DNA of 40,472 bases from the NCBI GenBank assembly GCA_032718475.1, contig JAUCBJ010000761.1:1-40472 (forward strand), given 5' to 3'. A model generated the notes under the pieces. It worked only from the letters and a program-made list of their open reading frames with translations. It did no database searches and was not told where the DNA came from. This document shows positions 10,609-21,231 of the stretch, piece by piece. The first letter of the stretch is position 1. Each line of letters begins with the position of its first letter. Source of the DNA: Nemertoderma westbladi. Lineage: Eukaryota > Animalia > Xenacoelomorpha. Both the position numbers and the translations under genes were made by a program.

Positions 10609-11044
10609 GCATAAAAGTATCAGACAACTTTTGAAATTTTTTATTAATAAAATTTAATACAATTTATAACAAACCTAAAAAAAATTAGCATAAATTTGCA
10701 GCGCCACCTAGCGGTGCAGAATTATTTTCACAAAATTTCGCCTGATAGTTATGTTGCCCATCTTTGATCTATCATATAAAAAAACTTTATGTGATTATAT
10801 TCAAAACTGTAAAAGTCTTAGGGTTTTCAGGGCAACCAAGTTATTTTTATTGTTAACTAGTATTAACTAATATTAAATAGCGAAAATAGTTTCTGACCTG
10901 TCCTGTAGAATAGCATCATAGCAAATATTTCAACTGAACCTCACTGCCGAACTTCAACTGCATGTTTCAAACGTTGTACTTTCCTTTGAGTGATTAGTTG
11001 GCCTAAATATGATATCCCACGCTACTGTATTGCGAAATATTCAT

Positions 11045-11132
11045 CCGGTCTGGTAGCTCAGTACACACACCCGGCTGATGATAACCGGAAGTTTGAAACC
11101 TAGGTACCGGGTACGAGCCCCAATAGGGCCGG
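11045..11132 (+). ncRNA. tRNA-like (Pol III) unit containing a minimal type I hammerhead ribozyme
   Basis: A-box TAGCTCAGT, B-box-like GGTACGAGCC, closing stem CCGGTCT/GGGCCGG. Inside: ACCCGG-CTGATGA-TAACCGGAAGTTT-GAA-ACCTAGGT-A-CCGGGT. Confidence 0.65.
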
Positions 11133-11824
11133 TTGATATTTTTCGCTATGGAGAGCATTATCATATTGTCTTATTTATTACATTATATATTTTCAGTTAT
11201 TAGACCTAATACATACAGTATTTCAATGTTAGTGAGTACGGACAGTGCAGCAGTGACAACCAGACGTAGTCTTATTTAAAAACAATAGGACTATCCTGCT
11301 AGAGCTACAGTACTTCTATCAGTCTTACAGGCTTAAGGTCAAATGCAGAAAGGGTCTACAGTAGGCCTACCTACTGTATAACTGACCACATGCATTGAAG
11401 CTCATAATCCGCTTACCCTAGGCCTACCTATTTTTACCTGTTACCATAGTACTGACCTATTACCAATTATTGACCTAGCCTACAGGCGTAGGCAGATACT
11501 GATGAGCTCAACAAGCTGTCAGGAACTTTAGCTTTGAATATTTTTATCTGTCAGTACACTCACTCGGACAGTTTCCCCAAGCGACACCCCTTCTGGCAAT
11601 TGGGCTGAACTGAACCGACACACCTTTTGGCTATGGGAGAGTGTTAGCTAATGAGGTGAGCTTATTGAAGGAACATCCAATTAGAACCCCAGAAAATACT
11701 TCCCTGAAACGACACCCCAATTGGAAATATGCTACCAGTACCACCCTGCGTACCACCCAGTTACCTGACTTATGCATTTGAACTTCCCACCAAATCAGTC
11801 CAAACCAATCAAATCACGAATTAT

Positions 11825-11910
11825 CTTGTGCGCTATTACTAACTATTAAGTGCGCTCTTAATAATTATTAAGAGCACTCTTAATAATTATCTAGAGCGCT
11901 CTAGATAATT
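11825..11910. repeat. Array of palindromic ~21-bp units
   Basis: GCTCTTAATAATTATTAAGAGC and AATTATCTAGAGCGCTCTAGATAATT are perfect palindromes. Probably the interior of a MITE. Confidence 0.7.
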
Positions 11911-12891
11911 TTTTTTTCTTTCTTTTTCCTTCTTTTTTTTTACCCTTTAGGGGCTCCGTAGGTAGGCTAGGACTACACCCTGCATGGCGAATATCAGAAA
12001 CATTGATTGTTGGTAAAGATACAGTAGCTTTTTCCTAAACCGTGCGAAAATACTGCAAATATATCGCGCGAATTGCACTAATATCATCTCGACACCCAAT
12101 TTTCTGTATGACTCGTCGTCATGGCTATAGGCCTATATCTAATGCTTGTCCATACAGCGTCCAAATTTCGTTTGGTTCCTTTATTCCCTTTAATTATTTT
12201 GTTAATTAAACCTAAACAATGTGCCAATGATGTGGATGGTAGAATGGATGGTAGATTCTCCCATTCAATAATCTATATCGCGATATGCAGTCTGTGAGAA
12301 ACTTTCTGTGTCAGAACAACGATAATGATTTGGCCCTATCACTCGCACCTTAGGCCTTAGCAAATGACACGAGTGTTATGACCCACATTTTTTATCGTCC
12401 CCCCCCCCCCCCCCCCCCCCCCACACTTTCGGGAACGTCGCTGCGCCCCTATATAGTAGGACTCTACTCACAATCCCGCCGGTGAAAGTACCCTGCATTA
12501 CAATCTCTATGATCCAACTGACCACTGGCTAACCATTATTGGACTAGGTTTTAATTATTACTACTTTGATAAGTGTAGTATATTCGCCATTCGGTCTCTT
12601 CTTAACAATGTTTAGGATGTCGTAATAATATTAAGTAAATAATTAAATCGTCTGCCATCTGACTTGAAACTAGGCTGAAACCGGGGTTGACGAGTTGTTT
12701 GAGAGGGATTTTTAAATTAACATCTGAACATAGCCTAATTTCATTATACATACCTGCCTACGCCATGTGCATACCTCAGTACCTGCATACAGACAGACTT
12801 ACATTGCTGTTTCTATGGACTGACGTCTGGCAGCGACGTGGCATTTTATTTTAGCGTTTCACTGCCCTACTGTCCATAAAGTAACTACAAC

Positions 12892-13758
12892 ATGTCCTCG
12901 CCACCACTCATAATAGACTGCCATTGCCACTTGGCGGCCGTTGAGTTTAACGAAGACATCGATGTGATCGTAGCCTCGGCCAGGGCTGCCGGGGTCGGGG
13001 CGATCGTAGTCGTTCCAGAGAGCTCGAGGGAGTTCCAACGAGTTTTAGATACGGGAAAACGATTCGGGGACATTGCTGCACCGTGCTTCGGTGTGCATCC
13101 AGTGCAGGAGGATCCCGACACTGCAGAGGGAGGAGGGATACCGGAGGAATCAGCAAGGACTCAGATAATGCCGGTGCAGCGATCCGTCCGTACAACCGAC
13201 ATACAATCGGTAGCGGAATACATCGACTCTAACTTAGAGCAACTCGTAGGTATTGGCGAGATCGGACTGGACTTTACGCCGAGAGTTTGTTCAAGAGAAG
13301 ATCGGGACGAACAGATGTCGGTATTTAAAACGCAGATAGAGTTGGCTAAGCGGTTCGACCTACCTGTGAACGTGCACTCTCGGTCTGCTAGTAAGCAGGT
13401 GATTGGGATGCTAAGGGACCTCGGTGTATCCAAGGCGCTGCTCCATGCGTTCGACGGAAGACCTGCGACCGCGCTAGAGGGTGTCTCTCTTGGCTACTAC
13501 TTCTCTGTCCCACCGTCTATAGTCCGCAGCGAACAGAAACAGAAGCTGGTTGCTCGGATACCATTGGAGAACCTTTGCTTAGAGACAGACAGTCCAGCTT
13601 TGGGTCCGGTCAAGGGCTGCAGGAACGAACCCAGTAATCTCAGAATCAGTTGCGAACAAATCGCCCGTATCAAAGGAGTTTCTTACGAAACAGTTGCCAA
13701 GGTTACAACGAAAAACGCATTGAAGTTGTTTCCTAAACTGTGTAAATTCATTTTATGA
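12892..13758 (+). CDS. TATDN3: TatD-family DNase, TATDN3 type, single-exon CDS
   Basis: Motifs IDCHCHL, GVHPVQ, IGEIGLDFTP, NVHSRSA, LLHAFDG, LETDSPALGP and RNEP are all intact. Confidence 0.92.
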   Translation: MSSPPLIIDCHCHLAAVEFNEDIDVIVASARAAGVGAIVVVPESSREFQRVLDTGKRFGDIAAPCFGVHPVQEDPDTAEGGGIPEESARTQIMPVQRSVRTTDIQSVAEYIDSNLEQLVGIGEIGLDFTPRVCSREDRDEQMSVFKTQIELAKRFDLPVNVHSRSASKQVIGMLRDLGVSKALLHAFDGRPATALEGVSLGYYFSVPPSIVRSEQKQKLVARIPLENLCLETDSPALGPVKGCRNEPSNLRISCEQIARIKGVSYETVAKVTTKNALKLFPKLCKFIL

Positions 13759-14245
13759 CAGTATGGTGAGTTAGGCCTATATTCCCTGCTATTCGATAGG
13801 CCTGTGCTGCTGTATGAGGTTCTTTTTTGTAATGAAAGATGTTTGCGTTGGTCCTCTTATTTTTTTAGAAGACCGCAAATGTCAGGGAACTATACATCCC
13901 TTCCCTTGGGAACTGACGAAGATGATTTCGGAGATTTCTGGAGATGATTTACTAGCATACTTACTTGCTTTTATAGTAATTAATCCCAAAGCTAGAATTA
14001 TGAGCAAATTAATAATTATTTATTATATATATATACGTGGGAAAAAAGTAGAACTTTTTCACTATTCCCGGTGGGGCGTTTTATTTACCGAGCTTTAGCA
14101 AGGTTAATAAAGGGTCGAAATAATATTGAAAAAAATTTCCTATAAAATGTACACGGTATTACTATGTGTAAGACATATCTATTAAAGATAGGATATGCAA
14201 CTTAAGATTGCCTCATCAATAGAAGTGGATTAGATGGGATAGTAA

Positions 14246-14335
14246 GTGTTGTGGCTGAACTGGTTAGCGCTACTGAAACGTACGTACAATATAGCGCTGG
14301 TTCAACCCCCGGTGACGTGCTTCTTCATTTTTTCC
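14246..14335 (+). mobile_element. tRNA-derived SINE head (degenerate)
   Basis: A-box TGGCTGAACTGG and B-box GGTTCAACCC followed by a T-rich tract. No proper cloverleaf. Confidence 0.5.
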
Positions 14336-15045
14336 ATTTCTGAACAAAACCATAATAATATATCGTGAAATGCAGTTGCATTAAAGAGCTCAACTCAAAT
14401 TCATTTAATTTATGTACTGTAAGATACGTTCGTGGGCCATCACGCAGCACGAGGCTCAGTTATCAGATACAGATTAAAATTGAGCAATTCTATCCCAAAA
14501 TTCGTATTTAAGAATTCTAAATAAATAAATAAGAACTTTAACCAAACCGCCAATAAGAATAAATAAAAGAAGAGAGAAAAGTTCCCCCACTCCTCGCTTC
14601 AACCGCCCTCTTAATCTGCACGACTGCACCACACCAACCCAAAGGCGCACAGAGGATTGATGAAAGGCAGTTCCTCAGTTATTTACAGGAAATTTTTGTT
14701 TTAAGTTTTAGGCATAGAGGCGACCCAATTTGTAAAAATTATTAAAACTTACCTTATGCCGATAGTATTGATACTGAAATATTAATTTATCATGTCAACC
14801 AACACGAACTTAATTACAAATGAAACAAACGAAATTAATTAGCTAATTATTGTAAAGAATCACGATTAAATACTGAGCCATTTATTTTGCGAGATAAAGC
14901 CAGCTGGTTTATTAGTCACCTTAGGCCCGCCTCACACTAGAGATGCAAGATGCATCGTATTTTATTTTATACCCATTGATACTTTTATGTTATTTATTTA
15001 TTGCGTTTAAAATTATCTCATTATATATATCATTTCACTAGAGCT

Positions 15046-15692
15046 GGATGGTATGGTATGCTTGAGCATGTGGACGACTTCTGTTACCTGGGATCATGGA
15101 TCCGGAAGTCAGGTGAGGACCTTCGAATACGTAAGGTAAAGGCATGGGCAGCCTTGAATAGGCTTTCCAGGATATGGAAGTCACCGAGAATTAATCGGAA
15201 ACTTAAGGTCCGATTATTTAGAGCAGCAGTAGTTCCAGTACTCCTCTATGGGAGTCCATGCTGGGCTCTAACTGCTGAGGACACGAAATCTCTGGATGGC
15301 ACATTCACAAGAATGCTACGCCGGGTTCATTGTGTCAAGTTCAATGCACACATCTCCAACCAGACACTATATAACATTGGAGGTGTATCATTGGTTCCCC
15401 CAAGCTTGACACTAGAACAAAGTCGCCTCCGCATTGCAGGACATTGCTTTCGCCGTGAGGACCAGCCAGTGCATAATCTTGTACTTTGGCAGCCTCATGG
15501 AGTGAATAAGCATGGTGGACAGCCCATGACTTTCTTGAGACGCATCTTAAAGGACACTGGCCTTGAAGATGCGGATGATCTAGCAAATGTCATGTGTGAT
15601 AGGGCGCAATTTTGTCGACAAGCCGGCTCAGCATTCTTAAAAATGCAGCTGCAATGCAGCATGCCGATCATAGTAGTAGTAGTAGTAGTAGT
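15046..15692 (+). mobile_element. 5'-truncated RTE-clade LINE (RT C-terminus) with (TAG)n tail
   Basis: LEHVDDFCYLGSWI...LFRAAVVPVLLYGS...RLRIAGHCFR. Nearly identical to the 10167 copy; (TAG)7 tail. Confidence 0.9.
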
Positions 15693-18103
15693 CCAATAAA
15701 TTACAAGAGACCTGTGGCTGGCGTTATGGCAAAGTTATATAATCAACTGCGAAATGATCCCGACACCACAGACATTTGCTAATTATACTCGCATGTCAGT
15801 TGGTACATTTGTTGCACTTTAGACGCTAATTGATGGAAACATCCGAAAGAAAAGCGATTTGAGTGAACAGCTAGTCACACTGCGGTGCAGTATAATATAA
15901 TATTGGGTGGCAACACACGCTAATATTACTCTAATGTACGGCCTCCCTTCTAGTGTGCGGCGGGCCTAACACTTGTGCCTATGTCATGTCTTATTGACGT
16001 AATTACCCGTTGCCAAGTAGTGCTGAGCTTGTTGGACTGGTTCCCAGCGCCAGCAGCTAGAGGCTAGGCAATATCAAGCATGCCAATGAATGAGGGAGCT
16101 GGAAGTGGCATTTTGATAACTTACGTAATCACGTTTAGATCAATTAAAAACACATTTATTAAAGCAAATCACTTGAACTAGGCCTAATTAATGTAATAAA
16201 CAAATCAACAAAATCTAAATAAACTATAAAATAATTAATTTCCGTTAAAAGAAAGGCTTGAAAATGCTCTTTTTTACCCAACCAACATTAATTATTTAAT
16301 CATTAATTAATTAACTGAATTTATCTTGCCTTCTCGAAGGCCACACGTAAATTCAACTTGGAAAATGAAACTTGAAACTTTTGTCAGATTACATAGTATA
16401 TACCAAGTTTGGATAGATTTTATCGAGATTTGGCGGAGTTATTAACCTTTAAAATTGAACACGACAGAACAACAGACACACCGATTGAGTTAGTGGTACC
16501 CGTATGTTAAGCTCGCTTACTTTCGTGGCTCGCCCTACACCCAGTTTTTCAAGAAATTTTCTTTGAAAACGATAAAAAATGCTTAATGGCTTACTCGTGG
16601 AAACTTTTTGAGCAACTTTGTCGGTAACCAGCAACTTTTTTGTGCAACTGAACTTGTTCGCAGCTTAAACCAAGGACTTCTAGATCATAGTATTTAGATA
16701 TTTTCGTTAATTCTATACAAATTTCAGTAATAATTTAAGGGTTAAGCGTTTGGAGATCCTCCAGTTTTTTGAGGATTGAAAGAGTTTTGTTTGTATACAG
16801 TATTTGAAATTATACATACTTGTGTACCTGTACTGTACAGTTGTATTATACTGTAGTTAGTTCATTGGATGATTTTCGAGGAAAAAATTTAAATTTCCCG
16901 CCAATTTGATTCAAATGTTTATGATTCTCTGTCTAAATGCCCTCCGTCATTTAGCAAAATTGTTTGAAATTTTCAGTCAATGGTATAGACAGACATATGG
17001 ACCAATAAAACTTACAGACAAAATTTTGAACGAAGTGTAATTCTAACAAAAAATTAAATTACGTTTTAAATTTTTTCTAATTTATCGGCTCAAAACACAA
17101 CTTACAGTAGGGTACACTAAAAATTTCGAAATTCTCACTATAAATTTTATTGGTCAACCAAACTGCAAAATTTCAAACAATTTGGTTAAAAAATGACGGA
17201 GTAATAGAATGTTGAGTGGCGCAAAAACGAGAAATAATAATTCCCGAATACAATGCATTTAAAGTTTAAACCGTCCCGCGCAAAATATCTGTCTATGTAC
17301 TCTCTATCTGACTGACAATATATTGTAATAAACAAAATAGTAATTTATGTCTGTCAAGGACTGGAAGCACACAATTTTCGCTAAGAGGGTTTTCGTTGTC
17401 TGTGATATCATTACTGATGTCAGTTTTTATGTTTGGCAAAATCTATTCTTGCCGTCCGTCGGTCGGAATCTCCGTTTGTTTTTTTGGTTTTTACGTCAAA
17501 ACTAATGAAACACGCGACATTCTGTAGCTAAAAGTTGTCGCGATTTCAGTTTTGAGGTTTGGTGTAATCTTTCTCTCTGTATGCCTGCCAATACCAATAT
17601 CAGTTTCGATATTTTGCCATCCTCACCGATATTTCGTCTCCATCTTTCAAGAAACACATTTTTTCGGTATCTTATTGTTAATTTTCATTGAAATAAAAAC
17701 ATGCCATAGTAATACCGTCATACAGTGTGTCCATAAGTAAACATGATGAGAAGCAATAACTTACATATTCGGATTCGTTATTAAATTCTGTACTAAAATC
17801 GAACAAAAAAAAACGATTTTTGAATTTCTTGCCCTATAAAAGGTGACCGATAAAAGGTTCCGATATTATCTACACTGTATGTAGGCCTATCTGTATATCT
17901 TTATTACAATAGCTATCCTCATGAGGGTGTAATTAGGATCCCGCTCGACAGCGGGAAACTTACTGTAAAAATCTCAGGTCATATAACACTGATTGACTCG
18001 ACTCGACTCACTCACTGATCATAATCCAGGTTCAGAGACTTCCTGCCTGACGTTTTTGATGAAATTTTGAAGTCATTGCTTTGGTGGTTTAGAATCACAC
18101 ATA

Positions 18104-18709
18104 GACACACTTGCGCCATTCTTGTTCATAATTGTGGTTGACTATGTTCTACGCATGTCCTTAGATCATTATAATGATGATGGGGTGATGGTAACTCCAC
18201 CTACTGGCTCCTGAAGTAGAGGAAATACTACCAAGTACCTAACTGATCTAGACTTTGCTGATGACTTAGGAGTACTCTCAGAATACTAGAGGGAGCCCAA
18301 CGGCTCCTCAGCTCATTGGAACAGGCTGCTTCTAGTGTTGGTCTTTTTATTAACTCCAAAAAGACCAACATTTTGACAGTTAACTTTGAAAGTCCTCAGC
18401 AAGTCTCTGATGAGCATAAGCTCAAAGGATGGTATGCTTGAGCATGTGGACGACTTATGTTACCTGGGATCATGGATCCGGAAGTCAGGTGAGGACCTTC
18501 GAATACGCAAGGGAAAGACAAGGGCAGCCTTGAATAGGCATTCCAGGATTTGGAAGTCACAGATAATTAATCGGAAATTTACGGTCAGATTATTTAGAGC
18601 AGCAGTAGTTCCAGTACTCCTCTATGGGAGTCCTGGCTCTAACTGCTGAGGACACCAAATCTCTGGATGGCACATTCACAAGAATGCTACGCCGGGTTCA
18701 TAGTGTCAA
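18104..18709 (+). mobile_element. RTE LINE fragment, RT core (5' part of an inversion-split copy)
   Basis: DTLAPFLFIIVVDYVLR...TDLDFADDLG with stops and frameshifts. Ends at ...GTGTCAA. Confidence 0.85.
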
Positions 18710-18715
18710 CTCCCC

Positions 18716-18983
18716 CTGAATATCTCTTCCCAGTGAATCCTATGTGAATTTCTATAAGGTTAGGCCTACTCACTGCTAAGTTAGGTGGTAGCGTTGAGCC
18801 AGCTGATTGAATTACAGTATAAGCACATGGTCGTTCAAAATGTTAGATTCATAATGACATTTAGGGGCGGGATTATTAATCAATCAGACTGTAAACAAAG
18901 CTGTTCAATGGAGAGGGAACCAACTACACTACGTATGTCTATAATGGGCGGTCTTCTTATCGCTAGCTTGCTGGCTTTTCTAG
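18716..18983 (+). mobile_element. Helitron-like repeat 3' part (homologous to 6420-6635)
   Basis: Shares CTCTTCCCAGT.AATCCTAT...CTATAAGGTTA and ...GCTGGCTTTTCTAG|T with the first copy. Confidence 0.55.
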
Positions 18984-19200
18984 TTAATTAATTAATTAAT
19001 AGGGCTGCCTTTGATGTATTCTAATGGGTCAGACCCGCCCAATAATACTCCTAAAGCCAACTCCCTATGTATTCGTTTGCCACAACTATCAATGAATGTC
19101 TAAATACATATAATCTCGCGACAAAATAATGTCTAACAACGAAATATTTCAAATACCACACATAGAATCGATCTGAAATTTTTTAACGCGATTATGAACC

Positions 19201-19560
19201 TACTACTACGTACTAGGATCGGCATGCTGTATTGCAGCTGCATTTTTAAGAATGCTGTGCCGGCATGTCGACAAAATTGCGCCGCCACAACTCCCTATCA
19301 CCCATGACATTTGCTAGATCATCCACATCTTCTAGGCCAGTGTCCTTTAAGATGCGTCTCAAGAAAGACATGGGCTGTCCACCATGCTTATTCACTCTAT
19401 GAGGCTGCCAAAGCACAAGATTATGCACTGGCTGGTCCTCACGGCGAATGCAATGTCCTGCAAAGCGGAGGCGACTTTGTTCTAGTGTCAAGCTTGGGGG
19501 AACCAATGAGACACCTCCAATGTTACATAGTGTCTGGTTGGAGATGTGTGTATTGTACTT
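19201..19560 (-). mobile_element. RTE LINE 3' end (inverted continuation of the 18104 fragment)
   Basis: Begins AAGTACAATACACACATC on -, exactly where the + fragment stops. Ends in a (TAG)n tail. Confidence 0.88.
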
Positions 19561-19561
19561 C

Positions 19562-20403
19562 TAGGGTTTTTTTTTCTAAATATGTTAGTGAAATTTATAA
19601 ATGAAACTAGCGATTTCTAAATTTTTTAAACTTGTTTAGAAATAATTCTAAAACTAAAAATTGAAAACAACAAATTCAAAAATATAAACTTTACTACAGC
19701 GTTTGAAATAAAATACCTATAAAATAAAATTTAACATTAACCAAATTTAATTATTATTCAAAATGCTTTCTCATTGCCATTAGGGTCATTCACCAAAAAT
19801 TGAACATTTGAATCTCTAAATCTGATTCATCTCCATCAGCTTCATTTGTACCATCTCCTATATTAATCTCTAAATCTGATTCATCTCCATCAGCTTCATT
19901 TGTACCAACTCCTATATTAATCTCTAAATCTGATTCATCTCCATCAGCTTCATTTGTACCAACTCCTATATTATCAAATACACTCATTTGAAGTAGCGGT
20001 ATTATTTCTAAGTAAGTAGATTTACTGACATTCCAATAATATATTAGACCTCTCAATCTATAAGGCACTTAATATACTGTCAACATACAATGATGTGGAA
20101 TATGAATTGCTTCACAATAAATTAATTGCTTTAGTTTACCAAAGCTGTATTAAATGGGGTAGAAGGCTAATTAGTTTAATATAGAATATTTCGATGATAT
20201 TAAAAAAAATACAGGATATACGTTTGAAAAAGTAGAAAACAAGTAATACAGTACAACACAGTAGATATAGCCGACTTTTCACTTTTCAAAATTCACCTTT
20301 CAAATTCGGCATTTAGGGCAAATTATTTTGGTTTTCAAACAAAATTTAGATTTTCTAACAATTTAGAAACTTATCGCGGTGAACATTTTGAAAAAAAACC
20401 CTG
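19562..20403. mobile_element. Non-autonomous hAT-like TIR element
   Basis: Left end TAGGGTTTTTTTTTCTAAATATGTT; reverse complement of the right end is CAGGGTTTTTTTTCAAAATGTT. YAG termini. Confidence 0.7.
19811..19972. repeat. 3 x 54-bp tandem repeat (NIGVGTNEADGDESDLEI on -)
   Basis: Units start at 19811, 19865 and 19919. Confidence 0.95.
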
Positions 20404-21231
20404 TATTCAGCTGACGGGGTAATACATTTAGAAGGAAACTAAATTTGTTATTTGGCTCTATTCGTTGTTATTTATCTGGTTGTGCATCATGGTAATTTTT
20501 TATAAATATTTGGTAATCTTATCTTATATCTTGTAAACGTCCTTGATAATGAAATTATTTGTTTCATATTATATTTTTGTTAGTGGTAGCTACGTTTCAT
20601 TTTTATTATGTGGGGCGAGCCACAAAGTCAGCTAGCCTCACGCCTTACAGTTCAGACAATTGTTTAGTTTACTTACTGCTGACTGACATAGTTCATTTGT
20701 AATAAATAGTCTTGGCTATGATTCTTCCCCCGTGCCTCTTCCATCCAGCTTGCTGGCTTTCTTGTTTTAAAATATAATAATCAGAAAGATAAAAAGTGTG
20801 TTTTTGAAAAACTTTCCATTACTGTATAGAAATATTCAGTTGCTCAACTTAATAATAACATATAAAGTTAATCATTATACAATCTCGTAAGTGTAAGGTG
20901 GTAGTAATAATATAAAGTTATATATTACACCCAAATAGGTTTCTATATTTGTTAATACATGTAATCTTAAAATAAATACATTCATACTATAATACAAATG
21001 ATGTAGGACTAGAAACGCGCGACCTCGGCATCTTGACTTGGGTCGCAAGTTGGTACTCTATGATATAATAATATGTTTGGAATAAAAAAACAAATTGAAA
21101 TTGAATTTAGTTTATGGATTTGAATTGAAATTAATAATTTATATATAAAATGTAATTTGATCTTGTTCAGATTGTTAAATTCAAGCACAATGATATCCAC
21201 GTCTTCAGTATATCTATATTAGATACCATCG

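Noticed and set aside
12399-12422. Poly-C here and poly-G at ~9403-9421 as G-quadruplex regulators
   Set aside because: Both sit at the ends of MITE-like remnants, and homopolymer length is unreliable.
13766-13771. GTGAGT donor just after the TATDN3 stop
   Set aside because: A single 6-mer with no identifiable downstream exon.
16380-18070. Short ORFs and microsatellite-bearing segments
   Set aside because: They look like decayed interspersed repeats whose ends and family cannot be defined from this window.
18407-18430. CTGATGAGCATAAGCTC as a hammerhead core
   Set aside because: No GAAA or stems I/III, and it lies within RT coding sequence.
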